From a virus (lineage: Duplodnaviria; Caudoviricetes): DNA of 30,445 nucleotides. The notes under the pieces are model-generated. The model was not told the origin of the DNA and made no database searches. It saw only the letters and a list, made by a program, of their open reading frames with translations. Made by a program: the position numbers and the translations under genes. Location of the stretch: positions 1-30,445 of the IMG/VR virus record IMGVR_UViG_3300031997_001804. One strand, written 5' to 3'. Below are positions 1-10,154 of this stretch, piece after piece. Every line of letters starts with the position of its first letter. The first letter of the stretch is position 1.

Positions 1-1813
1 TAGGAACAGCTTCGCCACCTGTAATAAATCGAAACGAACCATTTTCTAACCGCCTTAGGTAACCCAGCGTTACTGACAGCGTTACTTCTCCTCGGTCAGC
101 AACAGCCCATGTTGTGGAAGTAGACTCGACTATCGCCATCTTGGCTTTGACCACGTTATAAATTGGCCTGTTAACCCCTATGTACGGTCGATAAGTAACA
201 TCGGAGTCCATTTTGTCGTACTGAGCCATTCTTTTGTTAAATTCCATGAGACCCAGTTGGGCCAACCGATCCTGGTTGCTTACGCCAGGGATGAAGTGCG
301 TTTCTACGTGTACTCCGACACGCGACGCTAGGGTGTTGGAGAAAATGGTTTGTTTCAACTCGCTAGGGGTGGCTGACGACTGCGTTGGGTTTGCTAGTTC
401 CGACACCAGGCTGTTAGAGGTCACCTCTAGTGCGGTTATTGGCGTCCCGCCTTCGTCGTTGACCGTATCGGACGTAAGATGCCTGTCAAAAGTGTATAAC
501 AAGTTATAAGTCTCGTTGAAATCTTTAGGCAAAAAATCATACATTGGAAACTCAAACACCATGTCGCCCATTCCAGTGACATAGAACTGGTAGTCGATAC
601 CTTTGCAAATCTGGTTTAGCAGCTCCAATCTTGACGACCATTCTACTCGTGCTTCAACTTGGCTGTCTGCCATGGAAAAGGACACTAGGTTATTGGTTGG
701 AGCACCAGATGCTGGAAAGAGAAAGTGAACTTTTTGGGCATCTGGCGAGTTAATGCCGCCAGGCACCGTATTGGTGCCCATGTCTATCATCTGCTTTTTG
801 GTTAGATACGTACCTTCCACATTGCCAAAAATGACTAGGTTATTCCACTTCTCCATAACCTCTTTGCGCTTGTCTGAGGATGGGTCGTATGATATAGTGA
901 TTCCTTCAGACATAGTGCCAACCCCACTATTACCAGCCTTACTAGCAAAAGCACCGAACATTAAGTACTTAATCGTGTCTTTAAACGTCTTACCGCCTAG
1001 TACGTGAGAAAGAAGACTACCAGGTGCTACTAGATCGTTGAAGAAGCCAGCCGTGGCCGTGTCCTTAGCAATAAACCCACGAGTGCCGCCAAACGCCAAC
1101 GTATTTTGGTTTCCGACTTGCGCCATGGGGTTAGTTTGCGTCCTCATGTTTTGCATGAGAGCCCTAAGGTCCTGGCACGACACGTTTATCATCGACTCAC
1201 CGTTTAGGTAATTTTGGTTAAACGACTTAGTATCGATATAACCAGCAAATTCGCAAGTCCATTGGTCTTCACTGCGGGAGAGCGGGTTCTTAATAAATAC
1301 TCTGACTGGGTCATACTTGTGAAACACCAACGACCCAACGTTCATCGGGTATCTGGTCGTGTATGTGTCGGTCTGGGCCGAAGCTGAATTTGGTATGTCC
1401 TTAATAACGCCACCGTAAACAGGTCTCTTGGTATCTGAGGTACTGGTAGTGACGCTGCCCTTAATCGGGCCAAAGGTTTTGATAGCAGTTTTCGTGTTAT
1501 TGGCTGCCCTGGTTTTCCTCACGAAGATGTTGTGTTTTGCTTGCTCTGAGTATCTGCCATCGGGGCTATATGGGTCACTGTTTCTAAATACGCCTGACCC
1601 TATGGGCGGGACGTTTTGCTCAGTTATTTCAAAAGCCCGCATGACGTTAGACAGACTAAACGTGCAGCCAGTGATGCCGTCCCTACCAGCCTTATTAAGC
1701 ACAACGTTAGACGTAAGCCATGGTGTTACATCAGCGCCAAATATGTATACTCTGAGGCTGTGGTAGTAGACGGTGTTTCTCTCTTCACTAAAACTGAACT
1801 GCGGTTTTGGCAT
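1..1813 (-). CDS. Large structural protein, probable baseplate hub/tail protein (3' end runs off the window; missing from the ORF track)
   Basis: ATG at 1813 with GGAG upstream. I translated roughly the first 230 and last 80 codons, which are open and in the same frame: MPKPQFSFSEERNTVYYHSLRVYIFGADVTPW...FAGYIDTKSFNQNYLNGESMINVSCQDLRALM...YRPYIGVNRPIYN. The F-x-G-Y-I-D...I-x-V-x-C-x-D pattern resembles gp27/VgrG/late-control-D hubs (inference). Confidence 0.55.
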   Translation of the reverse strand, partial: MPKPQFSFSEERNTVYYHSLRVYIFGADVTPWLTSNVVLNKAGRDGITGCTFSLSNVMRAFEITEQNVPPIGSGVFRNSDPYSPDGRYSEQAKHNIFVRKTRAANNTKTAIKTFGPIKGSVTTSTSDTKRPVYGGVIKDIPNSASAQTDTYTTRYPMNVGSLVFHKYDPVRVFIKNPLSRSEDQWTCEFAGYIDTKSFNQNYLNGESMINVSCQDLRALMQNMRTQTNPMAQVGNQNTLAFGGTRGFIAKDTATAGFFNDLVAPGSLLSHVLGGKTFKDTIKYLMFGAFASKAGNSGVGTMSEGITISYDPSSDKRKEVMEKWNNLVIFGNVEGTYLTKKQMIDMGTNTVPGGINSPDAQKVHFLFPASGAPTNNLVSFSMADSQVEARVEWSSRLELLNQICKGIDYQFYVTGMGDMVFEFPMYDFLPKDFNETYNLLYTFDRHLTSDTVNDEGGTPITALEVTSNSLVSELANPTQSSATPSELKQTIFSNTLASRVGVHVETHFIPGVSNQDRLAQLGLMEFNKRMAQYDKMDSDVTYRPYIGVNRPIYNVVKAKMAIVESTSTTWAVADRGEVTLSVTLGYLRRLENGSFRFITGGEAVP

Positions 1814-1865
1814 AATGACTCCGCCGTTGCGTACGGGTGTGGCAATAAAATAGCCACAAGAGTGA

Positions 1866-2729
1866 CTAAACCAGCAGCCCAAGCAAATAGGAACCATACT
1901 CAGTCTTTTTGGCATCGTTTGCCAGTTTACCAAGCTCTTCGTTACTAATTAGGCCACGGCGCCAAGCTATTTCCTCTGGGCAACAGACCTTAAGACCCTG
2001 CCTGCTCTCTATCGCTTGAACATAGTTGGTAGCCTCTTGCAAGGAAGCGTGGGTCCCAGTGTCAAGCCAAGCTGTGCCTTGTTTCATTTTGTAAACTTTC
2101 AGCTTGCCCTCGTTTAGGTAATGCTGATTAACGTCGGTAATTTCGTACTCACCTCTTGCTGAGGGTACTTGCTCGGCTGCAACGTCAACCACAGAGTTGT
2201 CGTAAAAGTACAATCCTGTTATCGCGAAGTTGGATTTAGGAAACAGCGGTTTTTCCTCTACGCCAATCACCATGCCGCTCCTATCAAATTCGACAACTCC
2301 ATACCGTTCAGGGTCCTTCACTCTGTATGCATACACCAAAGCGCCGTCAGCTAATATGGCTGACTTTTCCAGATCACGACCAAAGTGCTCACCGTGAAAA
2401 ATGTTGTCGCCGAGAATTAGTGCCACGGTGTCCTTGCCAATAAAGCTTTTGCCTACAACAAAAGCCTGAGCAATGCCGTTTGGTACTGTTTGCACCCGGT
2501 ACGAGACAGATATGCCAAACTTGGACCCGTCGCCTAGTAGTCTTTGAAACCCGCTTATGTCCATGGGAGTGGAAATGACCAGAATGTCAGTAATGCCAGC
2601 TTGCATGAGCACTGACAACGGGTAGTATATCATGGGCTTGTCGTAAACCGGCAAAAGTTGCTTAGAAACCGCTATCGTCAACGGGTGCAGCCTGGTACCG
2701 CTTCCTCCTGCCAAAATGATGCCCTTCAT
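1866..2729 (-). CDS. rmlA: Glucose-1-phosphate thymidylyltransferase
   Basis: [64 protein letters not shown] and AWLDTGT are canonical RmlA/RfbA motifs over a full 287 aa. Confidence 0.97.
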   Translation of the reverse strand: MKGIILAGGSGTRLHPLTIAVSKQLLPVYDKPMIYYPLSVLMQAGITDILVISTPMDISGFQRLLGDGSKFGISVSYRVQTVPNGIAQAFVVGKSFIGKDTVALILGDNIFHGEHFGRDLEKSAILADGALVYAYRVKDPERYGVVEFDRSGMVIGVEEKPLFPKSNFAITGLYFYDNSVVDVAAEQVPSARGEYEITDVNQHYLNEGKLKVYKMKQGTAWLDTGTHASLQEATNYVQAIESRQGLKVCCPEEIAWRRGLISNEELGKLANDAKKTEYGSYLLGLLV

Positions 2730-2965
2730 GCCTTCTCCTCCTGGATAACCCAGTGTTTTTCGTAGTTAGACTCAAACGTCGACCGTGAGCATGGATAAAC
2801 AAAACCGTTGACACTCTTAACCAGGTAATCGCCACTTTTACCAGACAAACGGACGTCACCAACGTCGACAAAAAAGTCGTCGTGTATTTGGCAGGCCTGC
2901 ACAATTACCAACTTTTCGGCGTATATCTCCATCTTAGGCAGATTGTCCTTAACAAATGCTATCAT
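2726..2965 (-). CDS. Small PGDYG-like phage protein
   Basis: [28 protein letters not shown] matches the GDY(L/I)V...YPC...F...YE pattern; ATGA overlap with rmlA. Confidence 0.6.
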   Translation of the reverse strand: MIAFVKDNLPKMEIYAEKLVIVQACQIHDDFFVDVGDVRLSGKSGDYLVKSVNGFVYPCSRSTFESNYEKHWVIQEEKA

Positions 2966-3410
2966 CTTCGCTACCTCCAGCCTTGTCCATTTCGTTTTGC
3001 ATCGGTTTAGTTAGGCCTTCCAAATAACCAATCAATTTAGAGTGCGGTACCAGTGCCTCAAACCACGAACTAAATTTGGACGGTTGTGGAGAGATTTGGA
3101 ACACTCCTACTGACGGCAATCCGGTCATAACAGCGAGAGCCATGAACTCAGCTAGTAAGGTAGGGTCGCACTCCAAATCTGCCACCAGTACCGACGAAAC
3201 CTTTATGGCCTCATACTCCAACGGCAACTTGTCTTGCGGCAGCGACAACCTAGCCACTGTTGCTTTGCCCTTTTCGCTGTTCCAGTCATACATTGAGTGA
3301 GTGACATAGTAGCCAGCTTTTTCCAAGCTCTCAACTAACGACACGCCAATATTGTCCGGTGTGGTAATAACAAATATCTCAGTAGTCATTTTTGTCTCCT
3401 GCATCTCCAT
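2949..3410 (-). CDS. Nucleoside 2-deoxyribosyltransferase-like (degenerate) protein
   Basis: LEKAGYYV...YEAIKVSSVLVADLE...AEFMALAVMTGLPSVGV resembles the NDT pattern (I..aD.vvA.ld...E.g.A...GkPv). Confidence 0.4.
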   Translation of the reverse strand: MEMQETKMTTEIFVITTPDNIGVSLVESLEKAGYYVTHSMYDWNSEKGKATVARLSLPQDKLPLEYEAIKVSSVLVADLECDPTLLAEFMALAVMTGLPSVGVFQISPQPSKFSSWFEALVPHSKLIGYLEGLTKPMQNEMDKAGGSEDDSIC

Positions 3411-3750
3411 TTATCACGCCATGCGTCTTTGTTACTACTTGCTTCCTACTAGCGTAAATAAGATCCATTTCCCGCCCTATGATCTCTTCCATTTCTCCCG
3501 TTAGCCCCAGCAGTGGCGCCATCGATTTAACTATTGATATGCGCTGAAGTCTGTCCAACAATAAATCGGTCAGGGAGAACATGTCCTGCATATTAAGCTG
3601 GACACCCTGGGCTAACAGCGCTCTTGTCATTTCTATTTTGGCTTGATTGTGCCCAACGCTGACATCCATCATCGATAGAAAAATCTTGGCAAACTCAGCC
3701 TTAAACACATCAGAAGGTAGGCGACCAGTCCTATCGTCAAGGTCTATCAC
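3379..3750 (-). CDS. Hypothetical helical protein
   Basis: 123 aa, GTGA-coupled to the upstream gene, GGAGGT SD. Confidence 0.6.
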   Translation of the reverse strand: MIDLDDRTGRLPSDVFKAEFAKIFLSMMDVSVGHNQAKIEMTRALLAQGVQLNMQDMFSLTDLLLDRLQRISIVKSMAPLLGLTGEMEEIIGREMDLIYASRKQVVTKTHGVINGDAGDKNDY

Positions 3751-4421
3751 ATTCTACCTCCTTGGGAGAACTTAATGCGCTCTGCTGATGCAAGGATTTT
3801 ACAGAGGAGACGTTCATTGGCGTCCAACCTATCGTCCACGTACTTGGCAGTTACCTCTAGCTTCGATATGGTTTTTTTGATCGGCATAGCCTCTGGCATG
3901 ATTCGGTCAAACGCAGCCTTCCTGGCCACAGCGTTCTTTAGATCCTTGTACACCTTGTGCTTAGCAAACAACCACAGGTTAGCGTAATTAATACGTTCAT
4001 CTAACTCATGCTTTATATCTATGAGGCTGGTGTATATATTGGACACCCTAGCCCTATACGCCAATATTTTGCGCAACATTTCGTTGATTCTTGTCAGATC
4101 CTGCAAGGTGCCCATTTGCTTGCTAGACAGGTCCTCGTCTAACAGATACCCGGTAAGCTCAGCCGCTAGCGAATCATCAAGCTTAAACATTGGGTGCTTA
4201 AACGATTCCCTAAGACCAACCAGGTACTTGTCTATCATAATCTCAGCAAATTCGTCCACTTGCGGTTGCAGATACTCAATACATGCTGGCGTGTCAATAC
4301 TGACACCTCTCAGAGTTTGGCAATTTCCTGCGTAGCCTACCGTGAACCATTGGCATGATGAACAGCAATATCCTTTTTTGCCAGCTTCTGGGTGCTTTCC
4401 CGGCATTATTCCTAATTGCAT
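3747..4421 (-). CDS. Cys-cluster plus coiled-coil protein, possibly UvsY-like recombination mediator
   Basis: N-terminal CCSSCQWF...C...PAC, followed by a long amphipathic helical region; sits in the replication operon. Function is a weak inference. Confidence 0.35.
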   Translation of the reverse strand: MQLGIMPGKHPEAGKKGYCCSSCQWFTVGYAGNCQTLRGVSIDTPACIEYLQPQVDEFAEIMIDKYLVGLRESFKHPMFKLDDSLAAELTGYLLDEDLSSKQMGTLQDLTRINEMLRKILAYRARVSNIYTSLIDIKHELDERINYANLWLFAKHKVYKDLKNAVARKAAFDRIMPEAMPIKKTISKLEVTAKYVDDRLDANERLLCKILASAERIKFSQGGRM

Positions 4422-4427
4422 AGTGTA

Positions 4428-4793
4428 TCACTCTCTCCATCGGCCTATCAACCACAAATCAGCAACAGTTGGGAACTCATAAGTTAGCAGCCTAACGGCC
4501 TGGTCTTCGTACACTATTTCCAGCTTTGGCTCAATTTGTTGCGGAGTAGAAAACGCCAGAAAGCAAGAATTGAACGTTGTAAACTTAGACTGGAGCTTTG
4601 GTAAATCATATGTCAACTTGTATCCGCATAGCCTAGTTTGCAAATTGTACATCAGTTCAAAAGTCATCAAAGGAGTTTTGGCTATAATCTTGGACGTGGT
4701 CGGTTCTCTTGCCAGGCTAGCACCATCTACGCGCCCAATATACAGCTCATTGGCCTTTTCCTTAGCATCAGATTGAAACTCCCACTTTGACAC
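4428..4793 (-). CDS. Hypothetical protein
   Basis: 121 aa, GAGGT SD, tightly packed in the operon. Confidence 0.6.
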   Translation of the reverse strand: MSKWEFQSDAKEKANELYIGRVDGASLAREPTTSKIIAKTPLMTFELMYNLQTRLCGYKLTYDLPKLQSKFTTFNSCFLAFSTPQQIEPKLEIVYEDQAVRLLTYEFPTVADLWLIGRWRE

Positions 4794-4802
4794 TGTCGCA
4801 CC

Positions 4803-5900
4803 TCAGAGAATAACGTTGGTTATTAGATATTCTAGCGTCCCAATCTTGGTTTTTGTCGTTATCCTTGTTGCAACAGGCGCTGCAAGGATCTCAATAGCAC
4901 CCAAGCCTGATATCATGGACAAAAAGTCAAATAGTGCCCTAGGGTGCAGGTTTATTGTTCCTGAGCCGCTAACTTGGCACTGCAATATGGAGGTCGCGGA
5001 GGACGATCCGGACTGAGACAGGTCGAACCTTAGACCGCCGTCTATTGGTACCATCGATATTATTGCGCTACTTTTTTCTTTTAGCGGAATCATAGCAAAC
5101 AGTGGTTTAATGGCGTCCATTAGGTTGCCGATATCGGTCGTTGCCGATATTACTGCCTTGCCCATGCTAGACACCGCCACACTCCAAGGGTTTAGCTTGG
5201 TGTTAAGACTTGACGTACACAGCGTATGCCCAGGAGTGTTGAACATGCAGTAATTGCCATTGTTGCCTATTACCACGTCTCCGCTTACCCGCTTACCATT
5301 AATAGCAGCCAAAGTAAAATATGGCACCACCACTGGATCAAATATTGTGGGCAACGGAACAAAGTATCTGATAAACGAGAAGCTATCCTCACAAGAGGCG
5401 ATGAACTCGTTGCCATCACACTTAAGCTCTATAGCCGTATTGCCGTCGTCCAAGTCGACATATGAGTTAGGCAGCCTCAAGTATTTGCATATTTCTGGCA
5501 CCACCTCGTATGGCAGACTGAGGCTGGCTTTGACTTCTGGCCATGGCACTGAGACATGGGTAGCAGCGGCTATCGTAAGATCGGCCTTAAACAAACCGCA
5601 GCTCACGTGCAGGACAACAAGGTCGTCCCACGAAAACTCAACTTCGGTGCCGGTTAGTGCCAACTTAGCAACACTGTCCATATGAAAGTGGAAGTGTTCC
5701 GGTCCGCCTGTCGCCACTTCCTTGGCATGAAGAAGAACCTCCAAAGTGGCCAGCTCCGAGGTAAGCCTTAGAGCTGGTGGGTCTAGCGTGAAGGTGGCCG
5801 CAGAACCAAAAGTGCCACCAAGACTGTTAGAAAAGGACAGCATACTCTTTATGGCTTCCTTGAATTCCTTTGCTGGCAGCACTAGCCCTGACTTAGCCAT
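4803..5900 (-). CDS. DNA polymerase III beta-type sliding clamp (divergent)
   Basis: 365 aa (beta-clamp length). LRLTSELATLE, IASCEDSFSF (cf. VATDGHRL), INLHPRALFDFL (cf. FNxxYLxDxL) and C-terminal YLITNV (cf. YvvMPm). Close to DnaB. Confidence 0.6.
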   Translation of the reverse strand: MAKSGLVLPAKEFKEAIKSMLSFSNSLGGTFGSAATFTLDPPALRLTSELATLEVLLHAKEVATGGPEHFHFHMDSVAKLALTGTEVEFSWDDLVVLHVSCGLFKADLTIAAATHVSVPWPEVKASLSLPYEVVPEICKYLRLPNSYVDLDDGNTAIELKCDGNEFIASCEDSFSFIRYFVPLPTIFDPVVVPYFTLAAINGKRVSGDVVIGNNGNYCMFNTPGHTLCTSSLNTKLNPWSVAVSSMGKAVISATTDIGNLMDAIKPLFAMIPLKEKSSAIISMVPIDGGLRFDLSQSGSSSATSILQCQVSGSGTINLHPRALFDFLSMISGLGAIEILAAPVATRITTKTKIGTLEYLITNVIL

Positions 5901-6465
5901 TTGCCCATCCTAACTCAGCCAATTTAGCAACAACAGCATCAGCCACCTCAGTGGCGCCAAACTCACCAGTATCAACGCTAAAGGTTTGCAGGTCGTCCTG
6001 GGCCGGTAGCAGCCTTTCTGTGTAGTCAGTAATCTCTCGCCAAACAGACACCCTGGCTTTTCTGGCTTCTTCGCCGCAAATGAGACGCACCAACATCACG
6101 TTGTTCGTCTCCGATAGCTTGCACAATGCCATGATGTTCATATCGGTTCTGACATCATCCGTAATAACAACGGAAAAAGGCGACTCCATTACCGCAGCAC
6201 TATACAACCTTGACCAGATGTGGGGAGCGAACCTTTCGCCCCAGGTTGACACTGCTCTCTGCAGCTCCTTGTGGGCCAGCTCCACAGCTGACAACGGTAG
6301 CAGGTGGTGCACGTCCTGCATAATAGTGTCGGCGTATTTCTTAAATGAGCTTTTGATACTGACGACGCCAACGGTACCGGTAAAGATGTGCAACAGATTT
6401 GTTGCTAGTGTAGTTTTGCCGCTACCCTGGAGCCCGTGAATAGCGACAATGGTTTTCCTGTTCAA
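5893..6465 (-). CDS. dNMP kinase-like P-loop protein
   Basis: IVAIHGLQGSGKTT, LQRAVSTWG...IW, VVITDDVR. Start moved to TTG 6465 (GGAG SD just after the dnaB stop) to avoid a 95-nt overlap. Confidence 0.7.
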   Translation of the reverse strand: MNRKTIVAIHGLQGSGKTTLATNLLHIFTGTVGVVSIKSSFKKYADTIMQDVHHLLPLSAVELAHKELQRAVSTWGERFAPHIWSRLYSAAVMESPFSVVITDDVRTDMNIMALCKLSETNNVMLVRLICGEEARKARVSVWREITDYTERLLPAQDDLQTFSVDTGEFGATEVADAVVAKLAELGWANG

Positions 6466-6475
6466 GTACTTTCTC

Positions 6476-7825
6476 CTATTGCAACTTTGGCATTTTTGGT
6501 AATTCAGCCTTTGGATCAGCTTTCCTTTTCTTTGTTTTACTAGTGCTAGCATTTTTATCGTCATCAGCATAGATTTCGTCCGGAGACGGACCTCGGTAGT
6601 CCATCATTGACATAACCGAAAAGTCCTGTTGCAAGTAGAAATCAAAGACTTTTGACGACCGCGATTTAAGTTGGCGAACCTCAATAATGCCAGTTTGTCT
6701 CTCTTTTTCTGCAAAGTCCCACGCCCAGATAAGGTTGGCATGCGCTTCTACAGCCTTTGAGTACTTAATCTTGCTTTCGACACTATCAAATTGACAAAGA
6801 AGGACTATTGCTGCATCAAGCGACTTAGCGGCTAATTTCGCATGCCTGGTGTGGTCCCCGAGGGTTTCGTGCATTGGCTTGTCTGGGAAACTGGGCAGAA
6901 GGCCTAAGTAATCGACATATATAGCGTCGTACTTGTATGCCTTTAACTCTTGCGCCATTTGCGGTATAAATAGCTCTCGCTCTGGCGTCCAAATCGTAAA
7001 CCGGTTGCCCGTGGAGGACGCCAGGAACTCGGCAAATTTGTCATTAATAAGAGTGCGGTTAGCTGCCGTCAATTTCTTGAGGTGGATTTTGCCATGGTCA
7101 AATTTTGCTATATTTGATAGCAGCCGGTATCTAATCTCGATTTCCGACATTTCGTAGCTGATGATGCAGACGTTATAGCCCATGTAATACTGGTTTATCG
7201 CGCACTGCAAAGCCATCGCCGATTTACCGCCACCCGGTACTGACGCCATAACCACGGCGTTTTTGCGTCTAAACCCGCCAGCTTGGCGATCAAATTCGGA
7301 GAAACCAGTTGGGATGGCGTCGGTGTCGGCTGACTCCAGCTCTTCGGCCACTGTCTTTTGCAGCTCGGCGTCAGGCAAATAATGAACCATTTCGGAGCGG
7401 GAGGAGTCCGAGTGGCACTTTTCTAGGGAGCCTTGTATATCCATCACGATATGGTTTATGTTTGGATTGGGATCCTTTAGCTTTTCTATTGTAGCCGACA
7501 CGGTATCCAGTATTATGCGAGCCTTACGATAGTGGTCTAGCGTACTTCTCAGGGCCTCCAAGTCAGACTCGTGCACCAAGGGCTTGATAGGGGTGGTAAG
7601 CGACGACTTAGCCACGTCGGACAGGGCCTCGTCGTAGCGCAGAACGGAGCTAGTAGGCACTGACTTGCCAGCATACAGCAGGCTAGTGATTCGCTGCATG
7701 ATCTCCTTGGTGGCTGGCGACCCAAAGTGGTCCTGACTAAGGCTACCAAGAAAGAAGCTGCGTTGCTCCGAATCGCAGATTGTCATTATGGCCTGTATCT
7801 CGGCGGCTGCGTCAAAAGCTTTCAC
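6476..7825 (-). CDS. dnaB: Replicative DnaB-like helicase
   Basis: IPTGFSEFDRQAGGF, Walker A SVPGGGKS, SYEMS, IYVDYLGLL, LLCQ, KSR. Confidence 0.9.
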   Translation of the reverse strand: MKAFDAAAEIQAIMTICDSEQRSFFLGSLSQDHFGSPATKEIMQRITSLLYAGKSVPTSSVLRYDEALSDVAKSSLTTPIKPLVHESDLEALRSTLDHYRKARIILDTVSATIEKLKDPNPNINHIVMDIQGSLEKCHSDSSRSEMVHYLPDAELQKTVAEELESADTDAIPTGFSEFDRQAGGFRRKNAVVMASVPGGGKSAMALQCAINQYYMGYNVCIISYEMSEIEIRYRLLSNIAKFDHGKIHLKKLTAANRTLINDKFAEFLASSTGNRFTIWTPERELFIPQMAQELKAYKYDAIYVDYLGLLPSFPDKPMHETLGDHTRHAKLAAKSLDAAIVLLCQFDSVESKIKYSKAVEAHANLIWAWDFAEKERQTGIIEVRQLKSRSSKVFDFYLQQDFSVMSMMDYRGPSPDEIYADDDKNASTSKTKKRKADPKAELPKMPKLQ

Positions 7826-8073
7826 AACAACTCCTCGGGTGACTGCGCGTCAAGACTTATTTCTGATTTAATAGCTTCCAACAGCTGCGTTATTACGCCC
7901 TGCAGCGATTGGGCGCATAGTAACAGCTCCTGCTTGGCCTCCTGCTCCGTCCTACCATGTGCGACTATGTCGTACGAGTAATGCTGGCCATCGTCCGGCA
8001 TGCCATATTCCCCGACAAAGGCATCCCAACTGTGTCGCTTTTCCTTCCCGTCGCATTTGGTTGATATCTTCAT
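7822..8073 (-). CDS. Hypothetical protein
   Basis: 83 aa, GAGGA SD, GTGA-coupled to dnaB. Confidence 0.55.
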   Translation of the reverse strand: MKISTKCDGKEKRHSWDAFVGEYGMPDDGQHYSYDIVAHGRTEQEAKQELLLCAQSLQGVITQLLEAIKSEISLDAQSPEELL

Positions 8074-8080
8074 GCGGTCC

Positions 8081-8662
8081 TCATATTATTATGTTGGTGC
8101 GAATAGTGGAAAGCTGCCAAATAGCCGTTGGCTGCAAGCCAAGTTTTCTGATTATCATGTCAACAATGTTTACTGTTGTGGCGACAACCAAAATTGTGCA
8201 GTCTGACGACTTTCGTATGAAATCCTTAGCTTGTTCCAACCTTTTTGGATCAGATGCGTCGGAAATGCCATGAATTACCACTATTTCCTGCAATTCAGAT
8301 GACTTCAAATAGCTCCAATCTGGTGCTGCTAAGTCTATCCACTTAATCTTTGCCACAAGGCGGGAGTTGAAACAGTATTCTGTGTAGGCCCTACAGATTT
8401 CTACCGCAAACTGATACGACGCCACCTCGGTTGGGTTTGACCCTATCCCATAAAGAGCAGACTCCCCTAGGCAGCCTATCTTGGTGTATAGCTCTTGGTA
8501 GCAGTCCTGTTGCTCATCCGGTTTGATGGCTACCCTACCGCCACCGCTACTGACAAATTCTACTAACGAGAATTGATATTTTGCTACCGATTTCTTTATG
8601 TGCCTAAACGGCACTCCAGACAATCTTAACCATTTATCTACACCGGTGCTACTGCTTGTCAT
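8081..8662 (-). CDS. Degenerate DnaC/IstB-like helicase-loader-fold protein
   Basis: LRLSGVPFRH (cf. aGIP.Rf), IVVIHGI (Walker B-like strand), TILVVATT; no GKT Walker A; lies between the SF2 helicase and dnaB. Confidence 0.4.
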   Translation of the reverse strand: MTSSSTGVDKWLRLSGVPFRHIKKSVAKYQFSLVEFVSSGGGRVAIKPDEQQDCYQELYTKIGCLGESALYGIGSNPTEVASYQFAVEICRAYTEYCFNSRLVAKIKWIDLAAPDWSYLKSSELQEIVVIHGISDASDPKRLEQAKDFIRKSSDCTILVVATTVNIVDMIIRKLGLQPTAIWQLSTIRTNIII

Positions 8663-10143
8663 AAACTCCTCGACGGGCTTCTTCGATATGAAGACATTGC
8701 ATTGTAGACTGTTGGAAACTCATTTTTATTAACAACTTCCCACCCTTGCTCTGAATAAACCTTGTTTCTAGATTTTAAGCAAGCAAGAGCTATCGGGTGG
8801 TCGTCAATAAAGTCAACTACGTAGCTGCAATCTTTGCCTGGGTACTCGGTTCCTACTCGTGACGCTTCTTGGTAGTAGTTTGGTGGGTTAGCTGACGGCA
8901 GCAAGTTGAAGAAAGCAGTCAGCCGTGGAATGTCTAGACCTAGAACCATTTTGCGGATAGACACGAGAACGCGGATTTTTCCTGACCTTGCATCCTCCAG
9001 GATTTGCTCACGATGGCGGTCATTCTTGAATACCTTGCCGTGGTAAGCCTGAGCCGTAATCCCGGCGGCCAACAATCCTTTAACTATGTCGTCAATGTGC
9101 TGTACTCGCTCACTAACTGCTACTATGTAATGGCCAGCCATCGCGTATGCTTTGATTACATCGGTAATATATTCGGTTCTCTTTTGATTCTTGGCCAACT
9201 CATTTAGCATCATACCAAAGAACCTAGGCCCAGAGCCAGACGCGCTCACTCTGGTGTTAGTTCTTACTAGACGCACTTGGCAGGGTATCTCTGGCTTCCT
9301 ACCAACGAACCTAACTGGTCCCAGGGTGAAGTTGTTTATTAAGTGGGCGTCCCCTTTCACCTCAGTGGTGCCAGATACGCCGTGCTTAACAGCTGGGTTA
9401 AATGCTGATACTATTTTGGCATAATGACCAGCTTTTGCTAAGTGGCACTCATCGACAAACACCGCACCAAACGTGTTCTTAAGTTCTCCAACGCGGTCAA
9501 ACGATTGAATAAACTTTTGGTAGGTGGTGAAACACACGTCATATTTGTAGAAGTCTTCCCAGTCCTTAGCAATCCCAACAATCGGCCTGCCTAGCTCGTA
9601 CTCTAGATCCATAACATTTGTGAAACGGTGGAACGTCTTAAGCGCCTGCTTGAGGAGGTCTATCTGGTGCGCCATCCACAGCGTCTTAAACCCAAATTGG
9701 CATATTATGCTAGTCAGGGTAACAGTTTTGCCAAATCTGGGTGGAGCGTTTAGTTGCCCGTACCCGTTGCCAGCCATTATTGCCTCCGCTACTGGCACTT
9801 GGTGCGGCTTTAGGGACCCAGTAAACACCAGCTTATTCTTCATCGGAGCACGCGACCGCTGGTCTTGTATTCCATAGTTACCAAATATCTCGTAGACCAT
9901 GTCCAGATTGCCACGCGCAAACCTGTACACATTGTCCGTCTCATCGTAAGCATAGAATTGGTGAATGTGCTCCTCTCCGTCAACGTCTTTGAGCATTACC
10001 CTGAATCGCTCCAGACAATTCAGTGGAACCATGTTCACAGGCACAATAAGGTGATTGTCCAAAATTGGGTGTTCCAACTTTTGATCTCCATTAGATATTA
10101 ACATGCTTGGTTGGATAAGATAGATAGAACGGACCCGTCGCAA
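8659..10143 (-). CDS. Superfamily 2 DNA helicase (UvsW/XPB-like)
   Basis: LKPHQ, APPRFGKT, DECH, SGT, GLDIPRL, QEASRV. Confidence 0.9.
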   Translation of the reverse strand: MRRVRSIYLIQPSMLISNGDQKLEHPILDNHLIVPVNMVPLNCLERFRVMLKDVDGEEHIHQFYAYDETDNVYRFARGNLDMVYEIFGNYGIQDQRSRAPMKNKLVFTGSLKPHQVPVAEAIMAGNGYGQLNAPPRFGKTVTLTSIICQFGFKTLWMAHQIDLLKQALKTFHRFTNVMDLEYELGRPIVGIAKDWEDFYKYDVCFTTYQKFIQSFDRVGELKNTFGAVFVDECHLAKAGHYAKIVSAFNPAVKHGVSGTTEVKGDAHLINNFTLGPVRFVGRKPEIPCQVRLVRTNTRVSASGSGPRFFGMMLNELAKNQKRTEYITDVIKAYAMAGHYIVAVSERVQHIDDIVKGLLAAGITAQAYHGKVFKNDRHREQILEDARSGKIRVLVSIRKMVLGLDIPRLTAFFNLLPSANPPNYYQEASRVGTEYPGKDCSYVVDFIDDHPIALACLKSRNKVYSEQGWEVVNKNEFPTVYNAMSSYRRSPSRSL

Positions 10144-10154
10144 CGGGTCCGCAC

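Noticed and set aside
234-1948. Plus-strand ORFs in the track
   Set aside because: They are antisense shadows of the long minus-strand gene starting at 1813 and of rmlA.
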